Assembly: GCA_964106645.2 (NCBI GenBank)
Contig: OZ067041.1
DNA length: 64,000 nt
Source: Podarcis pityusensis
Lineage: Eukaryota
Reading direction: 5' to 3' (one strand)
Below, one piece after another: positions 13,106-28,100 of the stretch. The notes under the pieces were generated by a model. It had not been told where the DNA came from, ran no database searches, and was given only the letters and a program-made list of their open reading frames with translations. The position numbers and the translations under genes are program-made. The stretch's first letter is position 1; every line of letters begins with the position of its first letter.

Positions 13106-16100
13106 GTGAGTGAGCCGGGAGTCGAGGAGGGGAAGGCAGGCAGGTGGGCGGGGGGCCGCCCCCCACAGCGAAACCCCCGGGAGGGAGGACTGATGCTTCC
13201 CTGCTGGGCTCGGTGGGTTTCGCCTCTGGCGGGCCCTTTCTCTTAACTCCGCTTCTGGAAGACCTCCTGCAAACGCCGGCAGTTGGGAGAGGGAAATCCT
13301 TTACACCCCCCCAACCCCCCACCTCCCCCCATGTGTTCTGAGATTGCACGTGTGTCTGGAAGACCTTCGAGCACCCGAGGGTCCTGGTGGCCACGGGAAG
13401 CTTTAGCGTATGTGGACTGGATAGCCAAGAGACAGGCCACCCTCCCTCCAATCCCCGATATGATCTGGGATGTGCGGTGTTTGCACATGTTTTAATGTAT
13501 GTGCAGACGGTTGACAGGATGAATGTGCAGGTACCCCTCGTGCATTTTTATGCTTCTTTCACACCTTGCACTGGGTGGTGGTTCTCCCTTCCCCATTCTC
13601 CCAAATGTAAGGAGAGAAAAAGGGGAGTAAACCCAAGTTGCTGTGTCTGTGATTAAGCTGGGCTTTCAAACTTCAGGTGCAAGTAGTGTGTCTTAGTTGT
13701 TTGGTGTGGAGAGCTTGGAGCTACAAACATTTCGTATATAGTCTTCTGTTACATATTAGCCAGTGGCTTAATTGTCCTTGCTCTCCTAATGAATTAGGTG
13801 GGGCCCTGCGAAATGCTTGAAGCTGTCTAAAGTGTCTAATTAACTAGGTTGCTCTGTGGCATAGTTAAAGAAGTAGCAATAAATACTATAAACAATGTAA
13901 ATTGTATGTTAAAGAAAATTTCTGCTGTTTCCTTTCAGCCTGATTTAAAAAACAACAACCCCAAAGTTAAATTGTTGTAAGGAGATGTTAATAGGCTTGT
14001 GTCTTTGGGGACATGCATCAGAGTAAACAACAATGAAAGCATGGCTGTGTGGACATGTGATGCAGCCTTTGATCAAGCCACAGTTCTTCAGCCTCAGTTT
14101 TGCAAATATAAAGAGAAGATAGCAGTATTCTCCTTCACATGATGTGTTTGAGGGTATATGCAGTTAAGTTGTATATTGCTTATGAAGAGTGGTGATAATG
14201 TGTGCAGGGTGTATTGGGAGGAGTACTGATCTATTTGGGTATGGGCCAGTAAGTGACTGACTTTCTGGTAGATGTGTTTAAGATCATGCAGAAGGTTTTT
14301 TTGTTGTTGTTTTTTTTTTTTTTAGTACTGTGATGTCTTTCTTAACCCAGATGTTTTGCAGTACTAAAAACATAGTGGTGTTTTTTTTTTCTTTAAAAAA
14401 ACAACAATTCCATAAAACAACTGAACAATTAACATCTACAGGGGGGCTTCAGCTAAGTTTATTCAGAGTAACCCCACTGAAATGAATGGCCTAACTTAGT
14501 CATGTTAAATAATTTCAGTGGTTCTACTCTGAATAAAACTTAGTTGAATACAAACCCCAGATTATCTAACCCAGAGTCGAACCAGATTGTTATGGGAAAA
14601 GTAGATTAAAGGTGATCAACCCCAGAGTCGGTCACGACTGGACCTAATGGTCAGGGGTCCCTTTACCTTTTTAGTTCAGTTGAAGTTGACATAAATATAT
14701 AATTATTAGCAGAGAGCAATCTAGTTATTTATTATAGATACATTAGCATTACAGTGGTACCTCAGGTTAAGTACTTAATTCGTTCTGCAGGTCCGTTCTT
14801 AACCTGAAACTGTTCTTAACCTGAAGCACCACTTTAGCTAATGGGGCCTCCTGCTGCTGCCACGCTGCTGGAGCACGATTTCTGTTCTCATCCTGAAGCA
14901 AAGTTCTTAACCCGAGGTACTATTTCTGGGTTAGCGGAGTCTGTAACCTGAAGCGTATGTAACCTGAAGTGTATGTAACCCAAGGTACCACTGTATGTGC
15001 ATGTACAAAATAAATTTGTATATATAAAATCAGCATTTATAAAACATTCTAGGGTGTTCAAAACACTACATATGTGCTATTTCAACATTTTGTGCAATGA
15101 CCCTGAAAGGTAAGTAAGGATATTATTGTGCCCATATTGAAGATTGTGTGTCTTTATATTCATGTGCCTGATGCCAACTGGGAAATGTATGGCTTAGAAA
15201 CATGTAATCTTAGGGATGTCCCTGCTCACTTCACCAGCTCTCAGATCATTCTTAAGTTTATTTGGATTGTGGATTGAACTGTCAGTTTTAATTTCTTATG
15301 ATGTCATGCAAGCATTGTTTTCTTGAGTATGGATATAAGGTTCATCATCTGTGTTTCTGTCAGATACTTGCTAATCTACACTCCACTGTATTGCAGATCA
15401 CCTTTTAATAAATATATATTTTAGCACTTTTAAAAATGTTGCTTGTTTCACATTTCTGGTGTATACTAATGATGGTAAAACTGATAGTTGGAGGCTGCAA
15501 TTTTATGCACACTTACGTAGATGTAAGCTCTGTTGAAGTCACTGGGACTTATTTCTGAGTAAACATGCATACGATTACATTGAAAATCAGACTTCACTGC
15601 TTTCTGTGAAGTAAGTATTAACCACTTTGTTCTTTGGTTCTGAAAATATTTTTCATAAGTCTCATTTAATTTGAGATTTTAATTGAACATTGAGTCTAAT
15701 AGGGCTTACTCCCAATTAAGTGAGCACAGGATTGTGCTATAAGTACTTTTTACATAAGCGTAGAAGAACGCAGCTTCAGAACTTGGGTAACTTCCTGGAC
15801 CAGCAGGATACTTCTCAAATCTCATCATGTTTTAACTCTTGGCACCATAGTTTATGATTCATTTTATAAGAAAGTCAATTGTTGGCAAGAGAGGGGCACT
15901 CAAATATAACTCCATCCAGAGTTTTCATCTTTCCAGATTGCCATAGTTATTATATTCAGATAAGACTGAAGGGGGAAGGGGATGTGAACTTTGAACCTGT
16001 CAGCAAAAGTAAAACACAGAGCAGTAACAGTTTTAAAACTTCGGACCAACATCAACAATGGAAGGCAGACTGAAATAAAAAAGGTATTTATGGCCCATTT

Positions 16101-19100
16101 AAAAGAGGCTGAAGAAGCTGGCAAATAGGGGTTGGTTCATTCCATGAGGTGGTGTTTCATAGCAGTGAAGTTTAATCTTGACTGTGGGTCTGCAATAAAG
16201 GGCTCTGTGGCCAGTTTTAGAGGTTGTATATGTAGTCCTTCAAACAATCTGGTCTCAAACCATTTAGGCTTTAAAGGGAATAACCACTTTAGTAGAAGAG
16301 GTGCAACTGCCAAATCATACGAAACTAGTAAAGGCTGTTCTAGGAACAATGCAACCTGCACTGCCATAGATAATATAGAATTTGAGAGGAACTCCCAAGC
16401 TGTATGTTTGGCCTTCAGGAGGAGTGCAAAACCATCCATGATTAGTTATGTTTAGGCAACGACCATTTTGCATGAGACTGCTGATGTGTGTGCTGCTTTC
16501 GACCCCGGAAGGGGGCGGGGGCAGAACAGACATAAACGCAACGGCAGACTTGTGCATTCACTTGGAACGCATCTCCTGTTCAAATGGGGAGTTGCCTGTA
16601 CTTCACCTAGATCAGAAGATTTATATTCCCACAGTTTCTCTGTCTAATCACAGCTTGCTCTCATCCATCACACTTCCAGACACCTTATACTGCTTCCCTG
16701 GGACCAGCAGATGCAAATGAGAGCCAGAGTTGTGTTGATTAAGACAGGACAGGGATTCTTCAGCTAGTATACCCCAATTGCAAGGGGATTAGTAGGTGAT
16801 CTGTGGCAATAGGAATTCTCTGCATTCCTTGGGGTGACTATGGGAACTGAAGGTCTATGGCTAGGGTTTTGGCAGTCTGTTTCTTACCTGTGAGCATGCT
16901 TTGCCTTGGAATTCTAGTTGCAACTTGGAGTTTTTGGTGAGTGTTTGTTTTTGTTCTGAAGTGGAGTAACTGTAAGAGGTCTGAGATCATAAGTGTTATC
17001 CATTTGCTCTTTCCTGGATGCTTGGGTGTCAGCCTTGGCTGTTTGTTATTTTGTCTAAAGTACTTTCTTTGTATAGTGTCATTACACCACTGTTCCCATC
17101 ACCAAGTTCCCCTTAGCCTCTTGTATGCTAACAGTTCTGAAATCCATAGCCATAGCCCATGCCACTCATCTTAATAGGTTGGGATATATACCTTTGTTTA
17201 CTCTAGCATTTAAATATTTATTGCTTGTGGCTATAGACCATTCCAAGAGTATCCTATACAGTACTCACATTGTGAGAGTGGATAGTATAATGTGGCTCTC
17301 CATTCACTCCAGTGAGAATGTTTTTATTTATACTAGCTTTGTAGGTCTAACTATGCTAGACGAGGATGCAGGAACAGTGCCTCAGCTTCAGGATTAAGCT
17401 GGCCACCACTCTGATCCTCCTCCAGTATGTCTTCATTACCTGTTATACTATGACACATAATCTGTGCTGACTTAACAGTATTGTAATGTCACCAGTGTTC
17501 GAAGTTTGCCAGGCATGTTTTGCTACTGGAGTAGGTCCAATTGCGACTACATGGAGGTATCTAGATGCCAGGTTGGCAACTGACATCTCTATCAATCCAG
17601 CTGATTCGTACACAGTCCTCCGTAATCACATCAAGGAAAGTAAGTGCAGGGCTGACTACAGATATATTTGAATGTGCTGCTGACTTTCTACAGACCACCC
17701 AAATGGAACTCACAAACCATAGTTAAAAAACCTCTGCCTTAGCCTGTAGGTAATATCATTTCCATTTCCACTGTGTGTGTTTCTCCTTCTTGCATACTTG
17801 AACAGGTGAATTGTTTGTAAGAGCAAGCTACAGTCAAGCAATGTAGTTTAGATCATAAAATTGTAGCGTTGGAAGAGACTGCGAGGGTCATCCAACCCCC
17901 CTGGCAAATAGACATTCAGTTGTGGCGACCGTAACCTAGGTTCAAGGTGCCATTTGGCACTTAGCTTATATAACTGAGTTTCTAACACAGAATGTCATTT
18001 ATGCTATCACAACTTTACAGTGGTGGTGTAACTTGGAGTAATGCCAGCACAAGAGATTTCATATTAATTCCATTGTCATGTAGGCAGTATAACTCAAGGA
18101 CTAGGTTGCACTGTTAATCTGTTGAGAATATTAAAATTATTTGGTTTGTGAAGTTTCTCACTATAAGTAATCTGTCTTAATTACAAATACATGTTGGAAG
18201 TGCAATGCTGTGATATTTTTTCCTGAGTACCTACGGCAAGAGCTAAACTAAATTTGTCTTGTTTTAATATCATGCTCTAGATTGTGTCCATGCTATCCCA
18301 TTGTTTAAACTGAGAAATGTAAGTTAGAAATACTGCAGTTCTCTTTCGGCTAGTTTGATAAAACCAAACACCTTGGATAAAAATTTTTATAGAAAGAAGT
18401 TCTGCATTTGTTGCATTTTATTATTTGAAAAGTTCTAAAATTGGTAACCAAAAACCGTTTAGATCCATCAGAACATTAGTTCGGCTGTGTAAGTGGAGTT
18501 AATGTTTTTCTGTTGCATGCTGAACTCTGTAAATATGTTTGCTACAGTGTGGCATGTTCTGGTGAATTCTGAGTGATAACAGTTTAGTTATTGTGAATTC
18601 CAAATACAGTGTGTACAGCGACAAATTCCAGAAGAGCAACTATGTTAATTTTGCAATAAAAAAGAAAATAAGCATTGGTGACTGTTTGTGAACATTCATA
18701 GTCAAGAGTCAGTGGTTTCATTTGCATGTAAGGCAAAGCCACCTATGCTAAAACATGCATGAGTATAGTTTGTGTTTCTGTATAGTTTTTAGCAAATAAA
18801 TTTGATGGGCTGACACTAGTTGAAGTTAGGCAGATTAGATTGTGTGTGTGTGGTGGCAGCATGTTGGTGTTATCTTGCTCCACACTTAGTTAAGATAAAC
18901 ACAGTGACCAGCCCAGTCTCAACCAGCACTTGTGGTTTGTTTCTCTCAAATAAACCACAATTGGGAAGCTAAGAACAAACCTTGGCTTCAGATCAAGAGA
19001 AATAAACCACAAGTGTTGGTTTGGACAAAACACTAAGCCAGCCATTCTGTGATTTGTTTCTCTGTTCAAGGAAAGGAGAAATGCTTGAGCTGTGTGCATT

Positions 19101-22100
19101 AGTTAATTTGTTAACAGTGGCCAGCATTGTGTCTGAATGCAGTTAGTTTCTGAGAATGAAACTTATTGAGAAGTGGAATACAACTGTAACTCATGTTTAT
19201 GCACAAATGGGAGAAACAACAATTTGAGAAGGTGGAAATATAATTAAATAGGAATGCAAATATTTTCTAGGGTTGTTGTGGGTAATTTGAAAGTACAAAA
19301 GTGTTCAGTCAACTCCACAGATTGGCTGATGTATGTTTTCCCTGGGTCTAAGTCTAGTGTTTTTTTCAGTTTGCTTCTGTTGTAGGTTTATGAGTTATAA
19401 GTCATTCAGGTGTGTGTATTAAATTTCAGTGAGGACTGGGGCATGTTTGGTCCCATAAGATATTGTGTTCCTTGGAAACTCATGTTCTCTGAAGTTTGGA
19501 GAGAATTGTCGAGTGCCCTTGCCAGGAATTCTTCCCTTGCACTAGGAGACTGCTGTCCTGGTGTAGGGGTTGTGTGGCAGTCTGGCAGACTTTTTGGCAT
19601 GGAAAATGTTACCTGAAGCAAAAATGCTTGAAAGCCACTAGAGAGTGACATGTGTGCTGTATTCCAGCTGGTAACTGAAGGAATGTATTTCTGTTATTTA
19701 ATCTTAAGGTTAAACAGCAATACAGTGGTACGTCGGGTTACATACACTTCAGGTTACATACGCTTCAGGTTACAGACTCCGCTAACCCAGAAATAGTACC
19801 TCGGGTTAAGAACTTTGCTTCAGGATGAAAACAGAAATCGTGCTCCGGCGATGTGGCGGCAGCGGGAGGCCCCATTAGCTAAAGTGGTGCTTCAGGTTAA
19901 GAACAGTTTCAGGTTAAGAAGGGACCTCCGGAACGAATTAAGTACTTAACCCGAGGTACCACTGTATAGTCTGGGCTTGAAGATGCGCAACCTTATATAT
20001 TGTAACGTAAAAAAAAAATAAAAAATGGGGAGGGAAGACACAAGTAATCAGATTATTGCATCCTCGTTTTCATGGGTGTTGCATTCTGGGTTATAGTGCA
20101 TGTACGTTCCGCCTCCACCCACTCCCAGGACTGAAAACGGTGTGCACATCAGCAGTCGCATGTGCCTTGAACACACACAAAGTGGGAGTTGCATGTGCTA
20201 AATAGAGCCAGGAGAAGAAACTTTAGCTCTGTTTGGGGTTTTGCGCCATTGGTTCATCTCTTAATTATGTTCAAAGCTACGTGCCATTCACTAAATAGTT
20301 GAACCATTGGTGTCCAGAAAGTTAATTTATTGTACGAGCTCAGATTAGCAGTGAAGGTAAAGTAGAAATAAACGAAACCCTGTTGAAATTCCAGTCAAGG
20401 GGTTATACGATAGCAATGGGGTCATGAACAGTTCTACCAAACACTGTCCTGTATCTGAACTGGAAGAGCTGCGGCTGAAACTTAAAATGTGGCAGCTTTG
20501 AAATGAATGAAAGTTAGGACAAACAAAGAGGCACAATGCTGGCTTTAAATGTAGGTAGGCTCATTTACCACCCACTATAGTAGTAATTTTTGAGTACACA
20601 TTCAGAAGAAATATTTCAAATTCCTAGATGCTACTACTAAATTGCACGAGCTCAACATTATTTTTAGCCTATTTGAATTCTTCGGTTTGGTGTGAACCTA
20701 GTGTAATGTTTTCTCACTGGGAGTGCTTCTGGAATGCTGTTTCTTGCATGTGAGTCTTTGCTGGAAAAATCTATGTGGCCTTTTACTTCCCTGTGGGTTT
20801 GCTCATGAGAGTCTTTCCAAAAACACTCCCTTGGAAGAAAATCTTAGAATCTACTCTTAGCGTACTGTTCAAAAGTTTAAAACTCAGATTTTCAGCAAGT
20901 TGTGCAAGCTGGCAAAGGCAGAGATTTGTCCTAGTGGGCCTGTTTAGATATTAAAGGTAAAGGTAAAGGTACCCCTGCCCGTTCGGGCCAGTCTTGCCAG
21001 ACTCTAGGGTTGTGCGCTCATCTCACTTAAGAGGCCTGGAGCCAGCGCTGTCCGCAGACACTTCCGGGTCACGTGGCCAGCGTGACAAGCTGCATCTGGC
21101 GAGCCAGCGCAGCACACGGAACGCCGTTTACCTTCCCGCTGGTAAGCGGTCCCTATTTATCTACTTGCACCCGGAGGTGCTTTCGAACTGCTAGGTTGGC
21201 AGGCGCTGGGACCGAACGACGGGAGCGCACCCCGCCGCGGGGATTCGAACCGCCGACCTGATGATCGGCAAGCCCTAGGCGCTGAGGTTTTACCCACAGC
21301 GCCACCCGCGTCCCGTTTAGATATTGGATGTTGGAAAATTACAGACACGAAAACATTGATTTCTGATTACATAAACTCATAGAGTGGATTCTTTTTGAGC
21401 ACCCCAGGATGTTGATTCTGTTACAGCCATGCTGTGTCTGCTGGATTTGTCTTATTAACTTTGTTGTGTCCTATGAGAAAATGTATCTGAGTTATTTTCT
21501 CTGTGTCAGTTTATCGCCTGCTAGTAAAACAGAATATTTTTAAAAAATGCATCTTTCTTAATTTATAATTTATTATGCTGTTTTTGTATCATGATCCTCC
21601 TCCAAACAGGAGCACAGGGTGACTAACGACATAAAGGTACATAGCAATACATTGAATAAAACAGTACAGAATTGAAATCACTTACAAAGCTTAGCAGCAA
21701 TAGTCAACCACATCAGCTGCTCCAAGAGATAGGCATGGCAACTCATGGAATCTTCAGCAGACCTGAACAAGAATCCAATAATTTTGCACATTCCCTCTGG
21801 AATGGAATGCTTGGTTAAATGTTAATGGGATGATGATCCATGCTGTTCTGTTGTTCAATTTGTTCCTTTACATTTGGCATGATTTGATGACTTTCCATGA
21901 AAGTTAATTGTCAGCACGTAACATTGGCTTGGTAAGTTCACATGCCCACTTTCACAGTGTAAAGAGACTATGAAACTGACTTGCCAACTGAATGTGAGCT
22001 TGTGTGGAACAGTAAATCTGAAAACTCAGACATTTTGAGTTTTGGATCCAGTTGAAAGGCTGAAAAGAGATGACTGGTTGGCAAAAGCAGTTCGGGGGAT

Positions 22101-25100
22101 TTAGGGTGTGGCAGCTCAAAGGCAAGTATTTCCTGCTGTTTTTCTTGCTTCTCCAGCCTTGTAATACCTGCTCAGTTGTTCCCATGTACATAAATTGAAT
22201 TGTACAGATGTAAGTTTCCAGTAATCATCCAAAAGGAATAGCCTGCTTCTTTGGAATTCATAAAAACTTTTAAACAATGGTTGGCCTCATGCTAGAAGCC
22301 TCTTGCTATATTGTGAACAAGTTATCCCATAGGCAGTTCCTAGCTTCTCCTCGAGTGCTCTGGATTTTTAAATTGAAAATTTCAATCCTCAGCCTTCACT
22401 ACACTAGTGCAGTAAAGTTGACTAAATAGGTAAATTTTATATTTAAAGGCAGAAGCCACGTGCAATGATAGTATACCATGAACAGAAGCAGAGCACTGCT
22501 TGCAGAACATGCCAGCAGTGCAGAACACTGGAGGAAGAACATCCAGCACTTTTATTATGTAGGGGTGCTGCTTCTTCATCACACTTATTATAAGATCATT
22601 TGTTCTGAAAGGACCAGTTACAATAAGCAGGAGGAGGTAGGAGAGTGGCTGCTAGGCACATATCCTGGCTTGCCTCTGCATAAAAGATGACACTACTGGT
22701 AGTCTATTTACGGTATTTTACATTGTCAGTGCAGTAAGCCTCAACTTACACAGGGGTTATATTCTGGGATTCATGCCTAAAGCCAAAATTGTGTATAGTC
22801 CAAACACATTGGATGCAGTGGCAGGTATAATTGCCAAAGTCTTTTCCCCCACATACCCACTCTCATTCAACCCCCTTTTAATTCTTTTAATTATTCCAAG
22901 CACATAGAGCTGAATGCACACAAGTTATATGTGCATAAGTTGCAGGCTTGCTGTGTGCCACCTTTTCAGGGCTCTTCTTATGAGAAATATATTTGGTGCA
23001 AGAATACCTGTGAGTATCCCACGTGTTCGGTGTAAGATTTTTCTCCATTGCCTCCCGTTATACATCTTGTCCCTAGAAACTGAGAATATACATTTCTCTT
23101 ATTAATCTTATTAATCTGATGTGCGACAACAATTAGCTGTTAAGCTACTATATGAGAGAAGGTTGGTCCAGGAACCATAGACTTAACATTGAAATTGAAA
23201 CGGCCTCTATAAACCAAAATTCCCATTTGAGATTTTCACATTGCACATATAAAGTGCCAAATATAGAACACTCAAGTATAGAGGGGTGATAAGAAGAGAC
23301 TCTGGAGGAATTCTTCTCCTCTGTGTACTGCACTTCTGCAGACTGTTCAGAAAAGGTGAAATACCAAGTTGTTGTAAACTTCTTAGGTTGAGCTGTGAAA
23401 TTCTTCAGGGGAATGCTAAAAATTCTATTTTTATCTGTTGCTACCAATAATGTCAATAGTTGAAACCAACAGAAAATAGCTATTTCTTGGAATGTAATAG
23501 ATACTGAGTGCTTTTATTTTTTATTTTTGCATTTGGAGTGCTCCTGTCTGTTCTTCTGTAAACTAGTGTTTGTGCCGTTTTTATTATTCTATGTATGTAG
23601 ATATTTTGCATGCAGTGTTTCAACATTGCCTTCACAATCACTTGCTCAGTGATCAGTTTTACAAATGTGCAAGAATGAAAATGATGATGTATGTCCTCCT
23701 TTAATGCTTTCAAATAAAGAGAAAATACCTAAAAGTAATGTTAAATCTTTTTTAGACTTCTAGCCAGTTCTGTTTCAGGCATTTTGGTCAGACAGTACTG
23801 TTTTATGTATCCATTCATGAATCACATCTCTGCCAAAGAGCATCTAAAGCACCTTGCAGCCCTGAAACATAATACAGTCACTTTAAGAAAATCTTATCTT
23901 ATCATTGAAAACACTAGTAGCACAAACTTACCATAAAACTAGTGCAAGAAACCTAAAGCTAGTCTGCAGACTGACATTTTTCTTAACAGAGCATTAAGAT
24001 GAAACAGCAACACAGTTTTCATAAAAAGCATTGGTAAAATCAGTCATATAACACAAAAAGCAGCAGAATAAAATAAATTCCCATTAGAGCCAAATACAAA
24101 AATAGTACACATTAAAAATATCAGTATAGAGCTATCAAATACTAATTTAATCTGGTCACTAAAGCCTGGTGTGTTCAGAAGGATTATGATGTTTATGTTT
24201 TGGAGAGTTCTGGGGCAACAAAGCTAATGAATGCCTCAGTGCCATGGTTGTACAGGCTAGGGACTTGATCCTCAAGCCTGATTATGACCAAATTTCAAAT
24301 AACATATGACCTAGCTACCACATCACCACAAAACTTCTAATCTATGTACCTGTTTCAAACCTGCTGTGTTGAAGGCCTTGCAAACCCAGACACACCTGAG
24401 CCTGAGACACAACAAAGAAGTGCATGTGTGGCTTGCTGGTGGTGGCAGCAATTGCAGTGCTCCCTGCTAGGGTGAGAGCTTCCTGGGCTTGCTGGTTGAA
24501 CTATAACAAGACGGCTAGCACAGTGTGGTGCCCTCCAGGTGCTGTTGGACTCCAGCTTCCATTATCGCTGACCATTGGCTAATAGGTGGAGTTCAGCAAC
24601 ATCTGGAGTTGTCTACTCTGCTATATATTATTACTTGTTTCTGTTCTATTGCAAATGTAAATATATTTGACTGCTGATTTCTCTTCCTCTCCTCCTCCTC
24701 CGGTGACTAACACATAGTGGCCCGCATCCAGAGTTCCTGTGAATGTAATTTGCTTACAGGAACCTACTGCTAGAGGAAGCAGGCAGGGAGCTGATTTTTT
24801 TTGCTGATTCCTCCTTTTCCTTGCCCCCTGAAAATCTGCTCTGGAGATTTGGGGATCCCCTGTATGTCAGATAATGTGGGGGATTGATAGGGGGAATTGG
24901 AGAAAATTGCCTCCCTTTCCTCCATGGGGAGCATCCGTTGGATTGCATTCCCTTCTGCAATAAACTTTTCTGTTTGCAGAACAGTAATTTGTGTGTTTCG
25001 TTATTGTCTTGTCCTCATATCAAAATGTAGGGCAAATGTCTGTTTTCTTGACATTTATAGCCAATTCCCAATGTATGCACCGTGAGCAAAGTACACTTGA

Positions 25101-28100
25101 TGTATCATAACAGCTTTAAGAGTCCTGCTGGATCAGACCATCTTGCCAGCATTTTGATTCTCACCAGGGCTTGGCAATATCAGGATTTCAACATCATGAT
25201 ATATCACCAGCTATATAGCAATATAAAGGTAAAGGTAAAGGTACCCCTGCCCATACGGGCCAGTCGTGTCCGACTCTAAGGTTGTGCGCTCATCTCACTT
25301 AAGAGGCCGGGAGCCAGCGCTGTCCGCAGACACTTCCGGGTCACGTGGCCAGCGTGACGAAGCTGCAGCTGGCGAGCCAGCACCAGCACAGCACACGGAA
25401 ACGCCGTTTACCTTCCCGCTATAAAGCGGTCCCTATTTATCTACTTGCACTTAAGAGTGCTTTCGAACTGCTAGGTGGGCAGGAGCTGGGACCGAATGAC
25501 GGGAGCTCACCCTGCCGCGGGGATTCGAACCGCCGACCATACGATCAGCAAGTCCTAGGCACTGAGGTTTTACCCACAGCGCCACCCGCATCCCATATAT
25601 AGCAATATAGCTATAGCAATATAGCAATATATCATGATGTCTGAAAATAAGGAGGGAGAAGGAATTAAGGTGGGGAAGCAGCAACAGCAGCTGAGTGTTG
25701 ATTCCTAGATTTGTATTGCTCTCTCCATATCAGCCCTGCAATAGCCAGGCAGCTACACCACAGGGTTCTTTGCTCCTGTTGTGCATACCAGTGTTAGAAA
25801 CTCGGATATATAAGCTAGGCGCCAAAATGGTTAATCCACGGTTACAGCTGCCAAAACAGAATGTCTAGTTGCCATTTCTTGGCAAGACATCTCTATAAAG
25901 TCGTATTCTTCAAATGATTTACTGACTGTGATTGATTATCAGTTTAACATTGGGTTAGTTCAGATGGCAACCTTGGGCTAGGTTAAGAATTTTGAGAACC
26001 TAAAGGAGAAAAGTCACTTGATCCAGGAACAGTCCACATATATATTGGCCTATTCCTGCCTTTTTTCTTAATGCTGACTACTGCTGCTCAGGCTGCTCAG
26101 AAAAAGAGTTTTAGAAATTCATTCTGATTGTACAGATAAAATATAACTGATAGAATTCTACAGGATGGGTTATTAATGTATGAAAAGAGTCCCCAGGCAT
26201 GCACCTCCTGATGCCCAGGCATCTTCACTTGGTTTAAAGTGGTTGAAAGCCAGGTGCAAAATGCACCTGGTATCGGACTGATTTCGAACACTGCTTTCAA
26301 TGAGTGTAATTCAGATGGGAATGCTAGTGAATTTATTTATACCATGCACCCCTTCCAGTACCCTCTACTACTGAACTGAGCTCTATTGATGGTGGTAGGA
26401 ATAATGATGGTGGGCCCAGCTAGAGAAGTGGCATTTGCCAAAGTTTGCCGTGGGTTTAGGAGGGGAAGGGTTGCTGGAGTGATACCATCTCAAAGCAAGA
26501 GTAAGAAACTAATCAGGCATCTCACATCCTCTCCTGTCAGTAAGTGGTGATGGCCATAGCAACTGGGTCTAAGGGAAATGTTGAGAAGCCTGAGGTAATG
26601 TGTTCCAGTAAGGAACCACTCACATACGTGTGTTACACTGATAGGTTGTATACCAGCACTTTGCTGCTTCACAGCAAAAGGGAACTAGCTTTGATTGCAT
26701 AAGACCTCAAGTGTCATATGGTGACCTCCAAACCCATATTGGGAACATGCAGCAGTTTATTACTCTATGGAAAAGTCCCCCTGCACTTGGGGAATATGTC
26801 TAATGCTTTATAGTAATGTTTTTTAAACGAGATGGTTTTAAAGACTCCCATAGAAATTGCCGGGACATAATTTTAAAACCTTAGTTGACAGTTTTGTCCA
26901 TTATCTGCAAATACCTAGCTGGTGAGAAAGTCCAAAATGGAAATTGTGCATTTTTGAAAATTTGAGATGCATTAATTTATTACAAGATGACTTGGGGATT
27001 ATTTTAGCTGGGGGAAAAAACGAAAGTAAACAAGAGGTGGTGTCAAAGTGTCAATCTTTGACTTGTGTTTTTGTCATGGGACTTTTAGTAGAAAATGTAG
27101 GAGCAGTTGTCAAACATGCAGAACCTGATGTTTAGTCTTTCTTAAGCTTTCCATCTTGCTACGGCATTTGGATTTAGTGTAAAACTGTTTGTGCAGTTAG
27201 TTCTCCAGGTTGTGTAGTTGTAACCTTCCAGCCCATAGCTCCTTCTTGGCCTCTGCCAATAGAATAAATTATGTAGCTTATTCTATATGCATAATTTTGG
27301 AGGTTTGTTTCACACAGAGGATGTTTGCAAACCCAGCCTTAGGTGACATTGCTACACTTCTTTTCTGACAAAATGCTAAGTGCCACTGCCTGCTTTTCCA
27401 GCTTTGTGGTTTCCTTGTTTAGAACATCCCACTGATCACTCAGATATCTCTTTGTGCACATTCCCACTATCACAGGAAGACCACAACTTTTATGTTAATC
27501 CTTACTTAGCATTAATGAACCTCTGCTCCCAAAGCCTAATCTGCCAGCCTTGCAAAATAACTTTGTAATCCTATCTGCCCTTTAACTGATACACAGCCAC
27601 TCCGTGCTTTCTTCCTTGTTTTCTCATCATAACCCTGTATTTTACTCCTTCCCTCCCCTACCTGTGAAAAGACTACAGTCTTGGAGCACTATTGTAATAG
27701 CTGACTTCATTATTGTTCGCTATTTATAGGCGTACTTATAACAGAATTCTTGGGGCAGTTTACTTCGGGGAATAAGCCAAATTAAAAATTAATAACGAAA
27801 ACAATAAAATATGATGTAGCTGAAAACCCAGGTAGCAGAGAGTAAAACAATTAAGAGCTAAAAGAGATTTAAAACACCCTGTGCAGGAGCTGATTTAAAA
27901 GGCCTGGTGGCAGGACCGCCCCAGCATTCTCGACTGTTTGCAGAAGGACAATGACTAGTCTCTTTAAAATCCAAGGGACTGGGCTTTTAAAAATCCAAGG
28001 GATTGCCAGAGCAGAATATTATTCTGGCATAACGTGAATCTTTTATTGGCAGAGAGTCTGAAGTACACTGATTTGGAGAATTTCTAACATGTTGGCAATG

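Larger units (their letters stand above)
12420..13420. promoter_or_regulatory. CpG-island promoter and 5'UTR of TRAPPC10
   Basis: Sharp GC and CpG enrichment around exon 1; ETS-type CCGGAAG near 12673; GC boxes; GGC/CAG triplet runs. Confidence 0.85.

Noticed and set aside
12281-13488. Several long overlapping ORFs (up to 188 aa) on both strands
   Set aside because: By-products of GC richness and AAT, GGC and CAG repeats. Only the 12961 frame matches TRAPPC10.
15879-16720. Cluster of 60-107 aa ORFs in intron 1
   Set aside because: No motif I can assign. It may be an old retroelement fragment and needs a Dfam or tBLASTx search.
27963-28002. Short direct repeat tttaaaa(a)tccaaggga x2
   Set aside because: Ordinary local slippage duplication in an intron, with no evidence of function.
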